Counted from the stretch's first letter, positions 12,621-26,008 are shown. The stretch: 64,000 nucleotides of DNA from Haplodiscus bocki (GCA_965655095.1 OZ296650.1:133858001-133922000), one strand, 5' to 3'. Notes: generated by a model from the sequence alone, not told the origin. Translations and numbers: made by a program.

Positions 12621-13740
12621 AGTGAATGTTGGATAGGTATCTGTGGACACCAACTGAAATGGAGTTTTGTCATAAAAGTAAAAAAAATTAACTCTCAATC
12701 TCAACAGAACAGAAGCTAAAACCGTTCAAGAAATGAACAACAATAGCCAAAACGGAAAAATAGATCCGACTTTATCAAAGAAAAACCCCTGAGTAAAAGA
12801 ACTTTTTCCAACTCCTATTGAAAAAACCAGGTCCAAAAATAACAATTAAATTTTGAGAAGAAACATAAAACTCAAAACAGCTGTTTATGAAAAATTTCAA
12901 AGCTCCTACACGTTTTCCCATTTATAAATGTTCCTAAAAGATCGATATGTCTACATAGCAAAACGAGGCTCACACACTGCAAAATTCGCTCAACCTTCTT
13001 TACTGTCTTATTTTAAACGAGAATTTCATCTCCGTTTAATCACTGCGACATTTTGAACAAAGACAACATAGACTTCTGTGAGCGTACCACTGACTTGGGA
13101 CATCGAAATGACTTCACGGCTCATGCAAACTATAAATCGTTGCTATTCACAGTGAATCTCTTTTAGAACTTTGAACACTTTCAAAGTATTTTCATTTGTT
13201 CCTCCAACTTTATGAGTAAACTATTTGAACACGAGGCAAATCGCGAACCAAAAGTTCCTATCTAATTTGAGTACGTTAAATTTATCAATATCTTGACAAA
13301 TTGGAGCAAATATATCTTCTAATACTAATGATAGCATCATTATTGAGAGGCCACTGACTTAAGAAAATTACTTCCAAAGTGCTTTACTAACATTGAAAAG
13401 CGTAGTGAAAATTTCATAAAACCTTCAACGAGGATTATTGAAGTAAATCGAACTACTTTACAGAGAATAATGCAGGGTACTGCCATAACGAAACAAGATT
13501 TATTTAGGTGAGAGAAAAACAGTTGTTTGTTTCATTGTAAAGTTTGTGGAAAGAAGGTTTAAATGTAAAAGAGACCATGTAAAGTTGAGTTGCTAAGGCA
13601 ACTGCGTTGAATTCATCGACGGCACTACAGAATAACAATAGATGTGAAACTTTCAAAAAGGAACATCCTTCTATATGTTCATTCTCATTCGACTTCAAAA
13701 AGCACATATCCGTAGGGGATTTTGAAAAATCCATAACAAA

Positions 13741-14733
13741 TCAATCGTGCTGAACATTCGGGTTGGCATGCTGTAGTGGAGGTGGCCGATTGGGCGGTTG
13801 CCGAGCATTACCAATAGTGTACTTCAAGTTGTTCGGGATTACCGAAGCTGGCATAAGACGACAAATTCGCACATGATGAACAGCTTGAGTAATTGACTCA
13901 TCACTGACACTGGATTTGCTGTAGCCAGATATTCTCCAACCACCATTATCGTTGACATATGCTGTCACCCTAGTCATTGATTCACGCAACAGATTCAATT
14001 CAACCGAGCTAGCTGGCAATCGAAGAACGTCATTGCTGCAAAAGAACGATGCCAACTGATGACTTTGGGTCATGTCTCCGCTCAGGGGATCGTCCGCTTC
14101 TTCTTCCACGTCCCTAGAAATGATGCGTGCGGCGACAGTCCACGACGAAACTGAATTCTTGTGTAAGCAAGCGCACACCGTTTCATTTCTGAGAATACGA
14201 CGGTCGCACATACTTCCAGAACACGTAGGTGATATAATGTTTCCATGCAAAAACAACAAATTTCTACTGTTCAGAGTGTAATGGAACATTGCGGGCGTGC
14301 TCGGTAGGGAAATAATTGGAATTGGCGGAAAATCCTCATTGCTTACGTTATTGATAACAACGATCGCCTGATGAGTTTCAATAATCGGATTATTTTTGTC
14401 ATTCCCTAAACACGTGTTCGAATATATAGGCTCTGTAACCTCTACAACAGAACCAACAGTCAGATGACGATCCGAAAACAGTTTAGCAGACTTCTGCGCG
14501 GAAACTGAGATGACGACAAAACAATCTTTACTATTCCATTGACCAATAATAGCCATTCTGTCATATGTCCCTTCAGGAAGTGGTCGTTTCAATTTTGTAG
14601 CTTGAGGTCTAAACAACTGAAGTGGCCGATCACTTTTTTTCAGAACCAAAACTATCCCCCTTATTACAGTGTTCTGGCTGTTGCGCAGGAAACCTTCGCC
14701 TGTAACTTCAGCAACAGTTACTTGTCTATTCAT
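13741..14733 (-). CDS. 330-aa accessory protein, putative tandem OB-fold with C4 Zn finger (ssDNA-binding-like)
   Basis: ATG ORF intact in three copies. Beta-rich pattern (LTVGSVVEVTEP) and C-x4-C...C-x-C cluster (CSGSMCDRR..CACL). Function is inferred. Confidence 0.6.
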   Translation of the reverse strand: MNRQVTVAEVTGEGFLRNSQNTVIRGIVLVLKKSDRPLQLFRPQATKLKRPLPEGTYDRMAIIGQWNSKDCFVVISVSAQKSAKLFSDRHLTVGSVVEVTEPIYSNTCLGNDKNNPIIETHQAIVVINNVSNEDFPPIPIISLPSTPAMFHYTLNSRNLLFLHGNIISPTCSGSMCDRRILRNETVCACLHKNSVSSWTVAARIISRDVEEEADDPLSGDMTQSHQLASFFCSNDVLRLPASSVELNLLRESMTRVTAYVNDNGGWRISGYSKSSVSDESITQAVHHVRICRLMPASVIPNNLKYTIGNARQPPNRPPPLQHANPNVQHD

Positions 14734-15676
14734 TTCTTAAAAAATGCAAAAGGATGTGTTTCAAACGAGGAAGTACACGATAAAAAACACAAGTCAAGAT
14801 TTGCAGTCTGATTTCTCTCAAACGGAAAAACGCCCAATGAACAAAGAAAAATTTTTGATGAAAGAAAACTTTAGAAAATCCGTTTTTTTATTAAAGCCTA
14901 GCAACTCTTCAGTCCCGTCTATGGTACACTTTGTCTGGAATCAACTGAATCTGCAGTCATTTATCGGGTGTGTCCTCAAAACAGTTTTCCACTCCAAGTC
15001 AAAAATTGGTCGCATACCGAAAACATATAAATTGAAACACAGATAGTACATTAAACTGAATTTCCTCTGAACTATTTCTATTTCCAAAAACAAAACAATT
15101 TACAACAGATTCCAGTAAAAAAACCTGCATGCCAAAAGGATATAAACAAAATGCCAAAAAAGCGTTCAGCTTCAAATAACATCATCAAATGTAAAATCAT
15201 AGTTCAACTAAATGAATGCAATATTGCCAATTCATTTTTTACATTTAAAAACCATATGGCAGCACAAATAGTGCAATTAAACAATAACACCAAAACATGA
15301 CAGAAATGACCGCATTACAAATATTCACGCGGTGTTAAAACACCGACGGACTTCCTAATCATCAAGTTATCTTCATGGAGCTTGCGGTAATTGATGCCTA
15401 TGCCGATTCGTGAAACTCACATCTGTTTCTTTTGACCTGCAAGAAACAGATAATCTTGAAATAGTTCGCAGAGGACTTGCTTGTTTTCACGATGAATCGT
15501 GAAAACAAGCAAGTGCTGTTATTGAAGCATAAAAAACTCTCCAGTTAACTCTTCCAACTCCGGATTTGGTTACCAAAAACTTTAAACTATTGACACTGAG
15601 TAAAATGAATATGTTATGCACGAAATTTGTATCTACTCACTTGGTTCGGATGTTAAATGCATCAACCGTGTAATCA

Positions 15677-16330
15677 CTAACGTTCCGGTTTTCTTTCAAA
15701 AATTGTGGCAAAAATATGTTGCTGCTTATCTTCGAAATTGTCAATAAAACAGAAACCAAAAACTAAAACACTAACTTTGTTTCGGAGATTATTGCGTCTA
15801 TTGCGGCACCGACGCAAAGTCAAATCCTGCAAACCATTGTTCAACAGTGTTCTGGATAGCATATGATTCTCTAACAAGCTATTCAGGTGCAGATCGTTAC
15901 TTTCATCAAGTAAAAGTTTGTACCGTTTTGATAGAATCGATTTCATTTTCAAAAAAATAATTCCTGTTGGACAATTTTCCAAGAGCTCGTTTAAATTATG
16001 CGCTCCTGATCGTGGTAAGTAGGAAAAGGCCACGACATTGAATTTTCTCAAGTACGCCAGTTTACTGAAAAAAGCCTCAGGACTCATTGCCGGATTCTTC
16101 TTGCTTGACAAAGAGTTATTGACAGCATCATGCCAAATGATAACCTTTCTTCCATTAGTGTTGCAGGAATTCGATTGAAGAAGATAACAAATGTTTTTTT
16201 CTGGTTGGTAGTTATTTAGCGAAGCACCAGAAATTGCACAAAATTGTGACTTGAAAGGATCAAAGAGGTAAGGTTTCTCCTGAGCTGCCCAATAAAGGGA
16301 AGAGGCCGCCAAAACAAAATATTCAGACAT
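15677..16330 (-). CDS. SGNH-like accessory protein (copy B)
   Basis: Same protein as 682-1335. Confidence 0.55.
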   Translation of the reverse strand: MSEYFVLAASSLYWAAQEKPYLFDPFKSQFCAISGASLNNYQPEKNICYLLQSNSCNTNGRKVIIWHDAVNNSLSSKKNPAMSPEAFFSKLAYLRKFNVVAFSYLPRSGAHNLNELLENCPTGIIFLKMKSILSKRYKLLLDESNDLHLNSLLENHMLSRTLLNNGLQDLTLRRCRNRRNNLRNKVSVLVFGFCFIDNFEDKQQHIFATIFERKPER

Positions 16331-17671
16331 AACAACCGGAAACCGAAAGACAATGTATTATGAAAACAAACAAACGAACGAAACATACTTTATATTGTTT
16401 ACTTTGCAATTAGAAAAACCTACTCAAACTCCAGAATCTCCTTTCATTCATGTCATTTGCTTATTAGAACAAAAACGAAGTCAAACAAAAATTCACAACG
16501 GCCACACAGCTACAGAGTCGTCAATACGGTCAAAAATCAGAAATGTTCTTTGAGGAAAGGAAATTTTATAAAAAATACAATAGCCACATACCCGAAGAAT
16601 GAAAATCTCACTCAAACAACTCGATATGCACGAAATAAGAGCCCCTCTTTAATCGCTGCAAAGAAGTACATAGTGGTGAAACACTTCAATTCACAAAAGT
16701 AACGATAATAAAAAAGCTTCTCATAAAACAAATGATAGAGCGTTTAATGACTTGAAAGAAAAAGTGTTCACAGCTTCCGTAACAAGGAATATGGAATGGA
16801 TTTGAAAGGTGCCGCGCTACAAATGAACTCCGCTGCTATCTCTTTATGTTTCCAGGCCAGTTTGTAGAACATGGGTTGCTGGACAACCAACTCATATACG
16901 TTCATCTAACAAACAACATTCTAATTGAGAACTTGCGTCGGCGGTTGCTGAGCAACCAGCAAAACAAAACATGAAAGCTAAATTGCCTCCGTCAGCTATA
17001 AAAAAAATAAATCATTATATGAGTCAGAATTAACATCTAAAACAGCTCACAGTCAGTGATACAATCACAAAACATAAACAGCAATGTCACATTGTAGAAA
17101 CCCCGTCACATTCTCTTGCAGTTGACAATTTTTTCAATAAATTTCTGCACTGATTACCGTACAAAAAGTTAAACCCCTATAGCGTCTGAAATATTGGAAA
17201 CAATCTCCCAAAAACATCAAAACAGCTCCTTCAGTGTAATTACAGACACATGTCAAAACAAATTATGGCGGAAAAGGATTGTATGATTCTTTCAATTACC
17301 GTGTGATATAATTGTGTACGTTATTCCATAAAGTATCATAGCATAAAAGTTCGATCACGAATCTAAACAAAGTTACTCAGTGAGTCCAACGAAAAGGTGA
17401 TAAAAATGAAAACGACATCCCGTTACAAAATTAATCTTCCAACTATTACAACACATCCTCTTTTTCAAAGGTTGGCTCAAAACCAACAGCAAACAATGGC
17501 AAAGAATCAAATCAATCAACATGATTGGCTACAAAAATTATTTGCTGAAAAGTTGGTTTCGGACAAACCAATGTTCAGGAATACTTTTGAAATACAATCG
17601 GTTTTCTCGATGGCAGTTTTACAAAAGTCTAAATCGTTGTAGACAATTACATATGAACAATCAAATAAACA

Positions 17672-20600
17672 CTAAAAATTCTGCATGCAATCACATTCCA
17701 GGGCTGTTTCGATACCTGTAACTTTATACAAATCCATAAGAACATGGCATTCTGACAAGTAATCTGCAAGCGTTAGCATCACATTCGAATATTTGTGATT
17801 AACCATTGCTCTTTGCCAATCCTGTTCGAAAGAGTAACGGCTTCGGGAAACAGCGTTGGAAAACCCCGTCACGTAAGCAACTAAAGCCCAGGGTCTTCTT
17901 TCAACAGGCTTTGTAAATGCGCTCCCATTTCCCGAATTATGCTCCTGCAATCGTCGCCGCAACGTCTTACAGCTTCCAATGTAAAAAAGTTCCCTGCGTT
18001 TAACGCTCACCAACAAATAACAGTAACCAATTGCCGAAAGGGGTACATCAAAAACACGTAAGGGAAAGGGATAAAATGTCTGGATCGCTGAAACACCGGA
18101 ATTACAACTGCCACGAGACGACAAAAAGTTATCTATCAAAGGTACCAAATGGCTATCTTTGCGGCAAAGAAGATTAATTGCATCAAGTGTACGCTGCTTG
18201 TCACCGACAAACGTTATATGGGAAAGATCAGTGACCCGACTAACAACTACATAAAGCTGCTCTTTCAGCCAGTAGGAAAATTTTTTACCACCAACAATCT
18301 GTGTTGCCAAGCTTGGAACAGTGTCACCCATTATTTTGTGAACCGTTGACGCCACATACATTTTCAAAGGAAACTGAACACGTCTGCAAACGGTAGAATT
18401 GCTATACTTATGGAGAACGCCAATTCTTTTACGAACAACTACAAGTCTCCAGGAATTAACGTCCGGGTTGTTAGATGACACAGACCTTACTCCGGCTGGT
18501 GCAACTCTCACAACAATATGAGGATCATTTTCATCGAACGATTCAACTAAACACAATTGTCCCTGGAACAGTTTCAGCGATGGCAAATTGCAAGTTAAGC
18601 GCAATACACACCCAACATGTATAAACAAAGACTCTGGCTCAAGGCAACTTCGGTTGAGGAACTTGCTGACGGGTGCTGTTGCGGTAACCCAATTCTGGGT
18701 TCCTGTATTTGACATTTCATCCTTGCAATGGAAAGACACACTCTGTATGTTTTGATGTGTTGTCACAAACGATATTCTCTCTTCCACGGCCTCTTTTTCC
18801 GCAACTCGCGTACTGAACACTCTCAAAATATCCAGAGGGACTTCCGTCCACGTGCTTACAAAAATACAGAACTTGTCAATGATCTCACAACACTCCTTAA
18901 TACATGCTTCTGTCACAGGATATTCAGACAGCAAATCCAGAAGTCTCTTTCCTTGCTGGTTCTGCATCCTCACATAGTGCTTCAAATACCGAACCTCGAA
19001 ATTAGCTAACACCGAGTTGCTCAGCAAAAGGAACGTTCCCGTAGGAGGCGGAAGTTGACGAAAATCACCTGTGCAAATAACAATCTTTCCTCCAAAAGGA
19101 AGATTGTTTTCAGACACGGCTTGCAACACATTGTCCATTGCGGACCAAAGTTCAGCTGAAATCATTGAGACTTCCTCGACAAATAAAACATCCAACCTCT
19201 CCAAAAAAGTAAATTTTAGAGGATCTCGGGCAAGAGTGTTCAATGCATGCGAAACTAGATGAGTCACCGTTCCATTTTGAACGACAGGGAAAGGGATTAA
19301 AGCGTTTATGTGTCTTCCGCCGAAAAGTGAAGCTCTCTCCGCAGCGACACTAGTTATGACGCATCTCAATCCCCTAGCTAGAGCCGCGATCACACAATGG
19401 ATCAACACATGGCTCTTTCCTGTACCTGGTGGACCAACTATGAACTGATGTTTAATAAAGGCAGTCGTACAAGAACAATAATTATCGTACAAAGAACAAA
19501 CGTAATCCAAAATATTCTGTTGATCATGCAATGATTCGTCAGTCTGGTTGCGCGCTTTATGTATCTTCTGGCTCCAAGTAAAAGGACGTGCTAAGGTGGC
19601 GTTCATCAATTCTGCATACGTTGGTAAACCAACATAACCCCCATTGGCAATGGCACACAGAAGACTCTCTTTCTGCGCATTTAATTCGTGTGAAATATTG
19701 CTGTCACTCTGCTGCACAATACTCTGTTCTAAGACGCGCGGTGTTGAGCACGGAAAAACGACCGAATTATTTTGTGCTGCTTGCTGGATGCACAAATAGG
19801 CACTCGTAACAAATCGATCTAGTAAAGTAGATGATCCTGGATAATAGCGTAATTGTTCAAGCACAAAGCGCCGAACAACATCAATAACTTCGGAATCTTC
19901 GCATCCCAAATGAGACCTCGCTAAAGAAGCCTCAAAGAACGCAGATTTCATATTCGATTGAGAAAAAATGTTAAGTTCGGTTACGTATTCTCCAAGAGAC
20001 AACAGAATGTGGGTCAAAAAATTGGTTGTGTTCCTCGGAACAACGTTCGATAAAACTACTTGAGTTTGACAAACCTTTTTGTCATAAATGAACTTGTGAC
20101 TTGAACTGCTCGTTGTACATGCAATGGCTTCATGACATTGCCTGGAGAAACGACGGACCCCACTAGAAAAGTTGCGACAGTAGTTGAAAAAAGCTTCTTT
20201 GTACAAAGCATTAAGGTATATGCAATAGCCGAGGCCATCCACCCAATATGATTTGGTTACATTTCTCTTTAGTAAACTTTCTGGTGTCAACTTTGAGGGC
20301 TTTCGGAAGCGGCAGAACCAAGTAAAATAGTTTTCCACTTTGAGCACAAAAGTTAGTTCAGGGGGTCGTACACCAAAAACTGTTATCTTGTCTGGAGAAA
20401 GAGAACTTTTTTCTGCATCAATTATCAGCAGCTTCTGATTAACCGTGAAGCAACGGTGAGGAGGAAAGTCCTTGCTGTGTCTAATGGAACTCTGGCGCCC
20501 AAAAAGAGGACCCTGATTGCTACTAGAAAGCCTGCATTTCGGTTCAATGACTATTCCAGCCCGTTTCTCTCGCGGGGCAGTGACAACATGAATGAATTGT

Positions 20601-23080
20601 ATATTGGTCACCACGTAAGGAAATCGCAATGACCACCACACGGATTCCGTTAAACTCAAAATGCGAGAGTTCAAACACTTTTTCTTTGGCTTTTCCTCCT
20701 TGCTCATATTGGTCAAGTATACCCCAGCGATTTTGTTGTTCACTTGTTGATCAACATGGAAGTCATACAAATCTGTTGCACTTGACGTAGAAATAGAAAC
20801 TTCGGCTCGTTCCTCCACGCCTGCAACATATTTTGACAGATAACGGCTACTCATGTAAATGTCGCAAATTTGTAGATTGGTGCTAGATCGGACGAGGGCA
20901 AAAATTTTGGCGTTTGTTGGAGAAGTGTGCGTGTTACTTTCTGTTGGATAATGATGCTTGCCACCACAAAGGCGCTGATCAATGGTGACAGAACAATCAA
21001 AGTCACTCGACTCAGCTAATCCGATGTTCTTCAAAACTGCTATCGTTTCCTCAGACAGTTCTTTGTGAATACATTTGTAGGTAAAATTAGCAGAAGGAGG
21101 GTATTTGGGCACGCGGCACGTTTTTCTTTTCAATTTGTCAGTTTTTTTCTGACAACGAAATTTAGCTTTAAAACAGCTGTGTGATTGGTAACGGTTGAAC
21201 AGATCTCGTAACTCGTTCAACTCATCCAAACTATAATTGTGCGAACCAACTTCAGTCAATAAATTCCCCAGAAACGTTGTTGCCGAGCAACAAATTCTAG
21301 ACCTTACTGCTTCACTAAAGCAATCTTCTGCCGTCCAAATCAAAGCATGTACATGAGGGAACCCACAAGCTTCATCTTGAAACTCATACCGATACCAAAT
21401 CTTATTAACCTTTCCCAATGGCTGCTCGGGTGACGTTTCAATGTACTTCATGACAAGACGAGAAGCTCGTTCCCACGCTCTCAACATGGTGACCATTTCA
21501 GATTGAATCGCTGATTTTCGGACCTCCTCTTTACAGACGTCTTTCGGAAACTTTGCGTCCAACGCACTAAAAATCTTCCTCAAGCCAGGATGCGTTGACT
21601 GCCCACAAGTGTAAGTGAAAAAATATGTAGCTGGTCGTTCTTTCAAAGCTGCTCCCAATTCATTGACATTCTTCCGAGAATCGCATTGATCAAAAAAAAT
21701 TGCCCCTTCTCGCATGGCATGTACATTTTTTCGTTGCCGAGCGGCTTCACTCCAACCTCTGTTCAATACTATTCTGGTGTCATTGACACGCAGCTGTAGG
21801 TTAAATATTGTGTCAAATACGTATTGGACGTAACGAGGATCCGTTGACGTCAACAGAGACGAATCTTTCAAGCGCGTTTGTAAATGTTGTTCTAAGCTAG
21901 CGAAGCCGAGCAATTCGTTTTGTTTGTGATCATTATACAAAGGAGACGGTATTGCACCCGAATAACTGCCGTCTGTATTTTGGTGCCAAAAGATGGACGG
22001 AAACAACATGGCTTCCGGCTGAAGCAAAGGGACAGAATTAGGGGGCGACGTTGCAGTGATATTCTCCAGAAATCTCTTATGTCTAGCTGCAACATACAAC
22101 GGAGACCCTTTACTCCTTTTCAGTAAACCGCATTGACCATTCAATAAAACATGTAGTGGGAGCTGAAAATCAGTGCTGTCTATTCGGAAATCACGTTCCA
22201 AAACAACAGTTGAATCTCCAGCAGCAGTTGTAACAGGCAGCGAAACATGCGATCCCTCAGAATCTTCCTCTAAAAGGCCAGGGTTGGTAACAAATTCCGA
22301 GGACGCGACAGTGTTGGTAGGCGATGTGGACCGATTCTCTGAATCGACAGAAACACGGCTATAGCTACAATCATCTAACTGACTTGAGCCGCACGCTGAG
22401 TTTTTTGTGGACTCACCAAAGATCCTTTTTTTACCATCAAAAACAAAGTGCTTTTCCTGACTTTCATCTTCAGAATGCATCCTGCAAACACTTGCCAAAC
22501 AACCAGACACTGGACAACGTAAAAAAGAACTTCTACCACATGAGCATTTGAAACCACTTGAAGGAAAATCACGGGTGAGTAACAGAGAATGCTTTTTACA
22601 AAAGAATTTTCCTTGACCTGCCAGTGTTTCAAAATATTTCGACCGCAACTCACTAATATCGGCAAAGGTCTGTCGATAGTAAACACAGATATTCCAATAG
22701 TCATTAATAAAATGATCAACCGCTCTATCACAAGGCAGCCTCACCTGTTCAGGAAAAATACTTTTGCTTTTATACACCCAAAAACTTTGAAAGACACCAC
22801 CATGCCTCAAAAGAATGTTATTACGAGTCGCTAAACCTTCAGTAGCAATAAATTTCAACTCGAAAACGGACTGAGCAGTTTGGAAGTTCAGAGGAGCTTT
22901 GAATTTAGAACGCAAAGTATTTACTCCCGCGTATGAAAAAAGTATGACATTTACACCTTCAAATTCTTGAGCTTCCAAAAAATGCCAAATATCTTGACGG
23001 CTTGCCACGTTTTCATGGATGACATCATCACAAAATTGTGACACACCGAAACTGAGACAACGAGATGGACTTTCCGGAAA
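17672..23080 (-). pseudogene. Rep-PIF1-GIY-YIG part of the transposase, copy B (after in-frame TGA 23081-23083)
   Basis: Same motifs as copy A. In frame with the 977-aa ORF. Confidence 0.85.
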
Positions 23081-26008
23081 TCATGTAAACAACTTCGACA
23101 ATCCATCACTCATAGACGCATCCACAGTTTTTCTTGTGCAGCGACGGAACCTTGGAAAAATTACAGGGTCCAAAAATTGCAGCAAAGGAAAAATCGCATT
23201 ATCACCACCAGCTGAATCAGATATGGATCGACACAGTTGAGGAGAGATGCAAAATAAAGTTTGCAACAACGACAAAAAGTGAGTCTTGCAGCTCAAAATT
23301 TTTGGAGGAGAGGAACCAAACGAATTCGGAGGCTGAGCGAACGTCACAGACTTGAATTTTGCGCATAAGCGTTGTCCATCAGTCAATCCAGGAGAACTGA
23401 ATAAACGATACGTATCCGTTATAGACACACTTGTTGATGCGGAAAGAGAAGCAGCCGACTGTTCAATGTTCGGTTTACTTTGAATGCCTTGTCGGATTTC
23501 ATCAGTTGTTTCGCCAGAAGACACTAAGCTATTCAAAAAATATTGAATATCGCTTCGGTAAAAACTACATTGAGATTCCGCCTTCACTAACAGATCCGAA
23601 GTAATATCCCAACGGCGTTGAGAGCTCAAGCGAATGCTACTAATGCCTGAATAATTACCGACAGCTTTCAGCAACTGGAAAGTGTGACTAGCGTAATTCG
23701 CTTTGGCATTCTTCAAAATACGCAAATTTGGAGCAACAAATGCTAATCTGTCGTTGGTAGGAACACTGAGACGTCCCAGAGACGGGTGTGCAGGCGGGTG
23801 AAGATACTGCAGGTGAGACCCATTGTTATGCTGCACACAAGTTCCGATAACAAGGCCATATGCCCCATTAACACTGACAAAGCCGGAAACATCAAACGCA
23901 TCCAAAACTTTCATTGGTTTCAACCAATCGTCTCTTGCACCTCGCAAATGGTACAAGTAATCAGAGCTGAACGATGTGAATGAAGGCAAAATCCCATTTA
24001 CAAGGTGGTTGAAACCGATTCGACCTGTTTCTTCAACAAATGTGAAACAACCGAAGGGACATCTACAATTTGGATAACATTCATTATCTAAGGCTTCCTC
24101 CAAATCAGTGAAATTACCCGAATTTATTTTGTCCAGAAAAACTTCCTTCCGTTTTGTTATATCAACTAGAACAGATGGATCACCCATAGAAACAGCAGGA
24201 TGCAGATGTTGACACATAGCCCAACTGTCGCGTATTTCGGGAGGTAAAAAAGAAACAAATTTTTTCATAGTACAATCTCGAATGCTGAGATCCTTCAGTA
24301 ACGAATGAATCACGGAAGGCCAAGCGTACCGCCAACAATTTCCGCCATTATTGTAATTGAAACAACTTTGGCAGACCAGACAGGTAGCAGTAGGTCGCAA
24401 ACCAAATCTCCTTCGTTTGTTTGCTGTTTTTTCAAGAGTTTGCCATTGCAAAGGATAAGCAGGAGTTGAAATTCGACAACATTTACCGCACATTTCTCTG
24501 TTTTGTGCTTTGTCGGCTGAAAAAGTGGACGTCAAAACACAATTGTCACTCGAGGCATCCTCATTACGACAGGCGTTATCTTTCTTCATAATCATTGTGG
24601 CTGTGCCATTGTGTGCGGATTGCGTGGATTGAATCTCCTGAGGCAGGGCATTGAAGCAAACACCTGGGCTCAACGGGTCACACTTAGAACCATTTTCTTC
24701 ACATTCAATTGTCGCTAGGCTTAAACAACTGTTGCTGGGCAACAAAAGGTCGTTGTGCATACCGCCCAATCCAACAGAGGGTGATGTGAGGCCTTCATCG
24801 CACAAATGAGGCAAAACTTTAAATTCAGAACACGCACTACCTTTTGGATCAGAAGTGTTCGCATGAAATGACGCGGAAATCACATTGCATTGTGATGCCG
24901 TATCTGGGAATGAACTCTGGACGCAACCATGAGGCAAACTTTGCTGTGAATTTGGATTTTCTGCCGACAACACTGCTACCGTTTCAAAATGGTTACCTGT
25001 ATGAGTATGTACCAGGAAGACAGATGGAACGTCCATTGAAGCACGATCTCCGGCATAGCTATAAACTATCCACAATTTTGTCATGCAATGGTAAACGTAA
25101 ACATCAGCCACCGCAATTTGGGCGAAAGCATAGATCTCTACACAAGTGCCATACACACCATTCGATCTCATTCCGGAACGATTCAAATATTCGTTCACGT
25201 TTGAAGCTGTCTCTACCACAACATTTCCATCAATGGTTGTGTAAATTTCCAGAAAATGCGGAGCAATATCTACGGAGGGTAAAGCCAAACAAATACGCTG
25301 GCGTAGTTGTGAATGATACCAATATTGTGACCCAATTGACACCGCTAAAGCAGAGAACAAACAATTACCGTCACCTGGAACAGGATGAGTTTGTGATGGA
25401 TGCAAACTGTTCAAAGATTTGGCACCCAACAAGTGTGTGTTCAATGGTTTTGCCACAAACGGTATTCCAAACACAATGCAAATTCTCGTCAAATTAGCGA
25501 TTGTGCATGAAAAAGCTGTTGAATTCGGCACGTTCGAGAAAAGACTCATGGTATTGAATGGCGCAGAAAACAGCGACCGATCAAAATAGTCTTCACCAAC
25601 TGAGGCTTTTACCATGGATGATTGGAAACAGGAGCAGTCTTTGCTGCCATAAAAACGCCCACATGTTACGCATTTCCTGGGCTCTCTGCACAATTTCTTT
25701 TTTTTTGGCGGGCCAGGGTTGGTTTCTATACCACTTCTCAACAGAAACAAAAGTAACATTCTGCGAGTCATCGAAACCTCATCAGAATTGCCGATCCTCA
25801 TAAACTGCAAGTGATCCTGAAGACACAAAGAGACACAAAATTCCCCAACGGTGACGTCTGAGCTGAAGACTTCTCCGACATTGTTCACATAAACAATTCC
25901 ATCTTTTTCCAAAACTGTCCATAAAGAAGACCAAATCATCAACAAAGTTAAACAAAGTGAGTAAACCATTTTCTGAAAATGAGATTCGTCAAAACTCTGT
26001 ACACCCAT
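23081..26008 (-). CDS. N-terminal polyprotein, copy B: leader, 2A-like, OTU protease, Cys-rich domain; truncated by a nonsense codon
   Basis: LLRSGIETNPGP, and OTU motifs GDGNCLFSAL...YGTCVEI...NHF. First ATG at 26008. The codon is AGA in copies C/D and TGA here. Confidence 0.8.
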   Translation of the reverse strand: MGVQSFDESHFQKMVYSLCLTLLMIWSSLWTVLEKDGIVYVNNVGEVFSSDVTVGEFCVSLCLQDHLQFMRIGNSDEVSMTRRMLLLFLLRSGIETNPGPPKKKKLCREPRKCVTCGRFYGSKDCSCFQSSMVKASVGEDYFDRSLFSAPFNTMSLFSNVPNSTAFSCTIANLTRICIVFGIPFVAKPLNTHLLGAKSLNSLHPSQTHPVPGDGNCLFSALAVSIGSQYWYHSQLRQRICLALPSVDIAPHFLEIYTTIDGNVVVETASNVNEYLNRSGMRSNGVYGTCVEIYAFAQIAVADVYVYHCMTKLWIVYSYAGDRASMDVPSVFLVHTHTGNHFETVAVLSAENPNSQQSLPHGCVQSSFPDTASQCNVISASFHANTSDPKGSACSEFKVLPHLCDEGLTSPSVGLGGMHNDLLLPSNSCLSLATIECEENGSKCDPLSPGVCFNALPQEIQSTQSAHNGTATMIMKKDNACRNEDASSDNCVLTSTFSADKAQNREMCGKCCRISTPAYPLQWQTLEKTANKRRRFGLRPTATCLVCQSCFNYNNGGNCWRYAWPSVIHSLLKDLSIRDCTMKKFVSFLPPEIRDSWAMCQHLHPAVSMGDPSVLVDITKRKEVFLDKINSGNFTDLEEALDNECYPNCRCPFGCFTFVEETGRIGFNHLVNGILPSFTSFSSDYLYHLRGARDDWLKPMKVLDAFDVSGFVSVNGAYGLVIGTCVQHNNGSHLQYLHPPAHPSLGRLSVPTNDRLAFVAPNLRILKNAKANYASHTFQLLKAVGNYSGISSIRLSSQRRWDITSDLLVKAESQCSFYRSDIQYFLNSLVSSGETTDEIRQGIQSKPNIEQSAASLSASTSVSITDTYRLFSSPGLTDGQRLCAKFKSVTFAQPPNSFGSSPPKILSCKTHFLSLLQTLFCISPQLCRSISDSAGGDNAIFPLLQFLDPVIFPRFRRCTRKTVDASMSDGLSKLFT
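25709..25771 (-). other. 2A-like (StopGo) peptide ..MLLLFLLRSGIETNPG/P (core also at 10704-10727, 40703-40726, 55455-55478)
   Basis: Matches the (D/G)(V/I)ExNPGP consensus and has a Leu-rich upstream helix. Confidence 0.75.

Noticed and set aside
12420-12660. Self-cleaving ribozyme or snRNA gene suggested by GC-rich hairpins and octamer motifs
   Set aside because: I could not fit an HDV or hammerhead core or any known snRNA by eye. An Infernal/Rfam scan would be needed.
13020-13734. 76-aa ORF and a stop-interrupted minus-strand frame downstream of the 330-aa gene
   Set aside because: No recognisable motif. It could be a spliced or decayed gene but this is unsupported.
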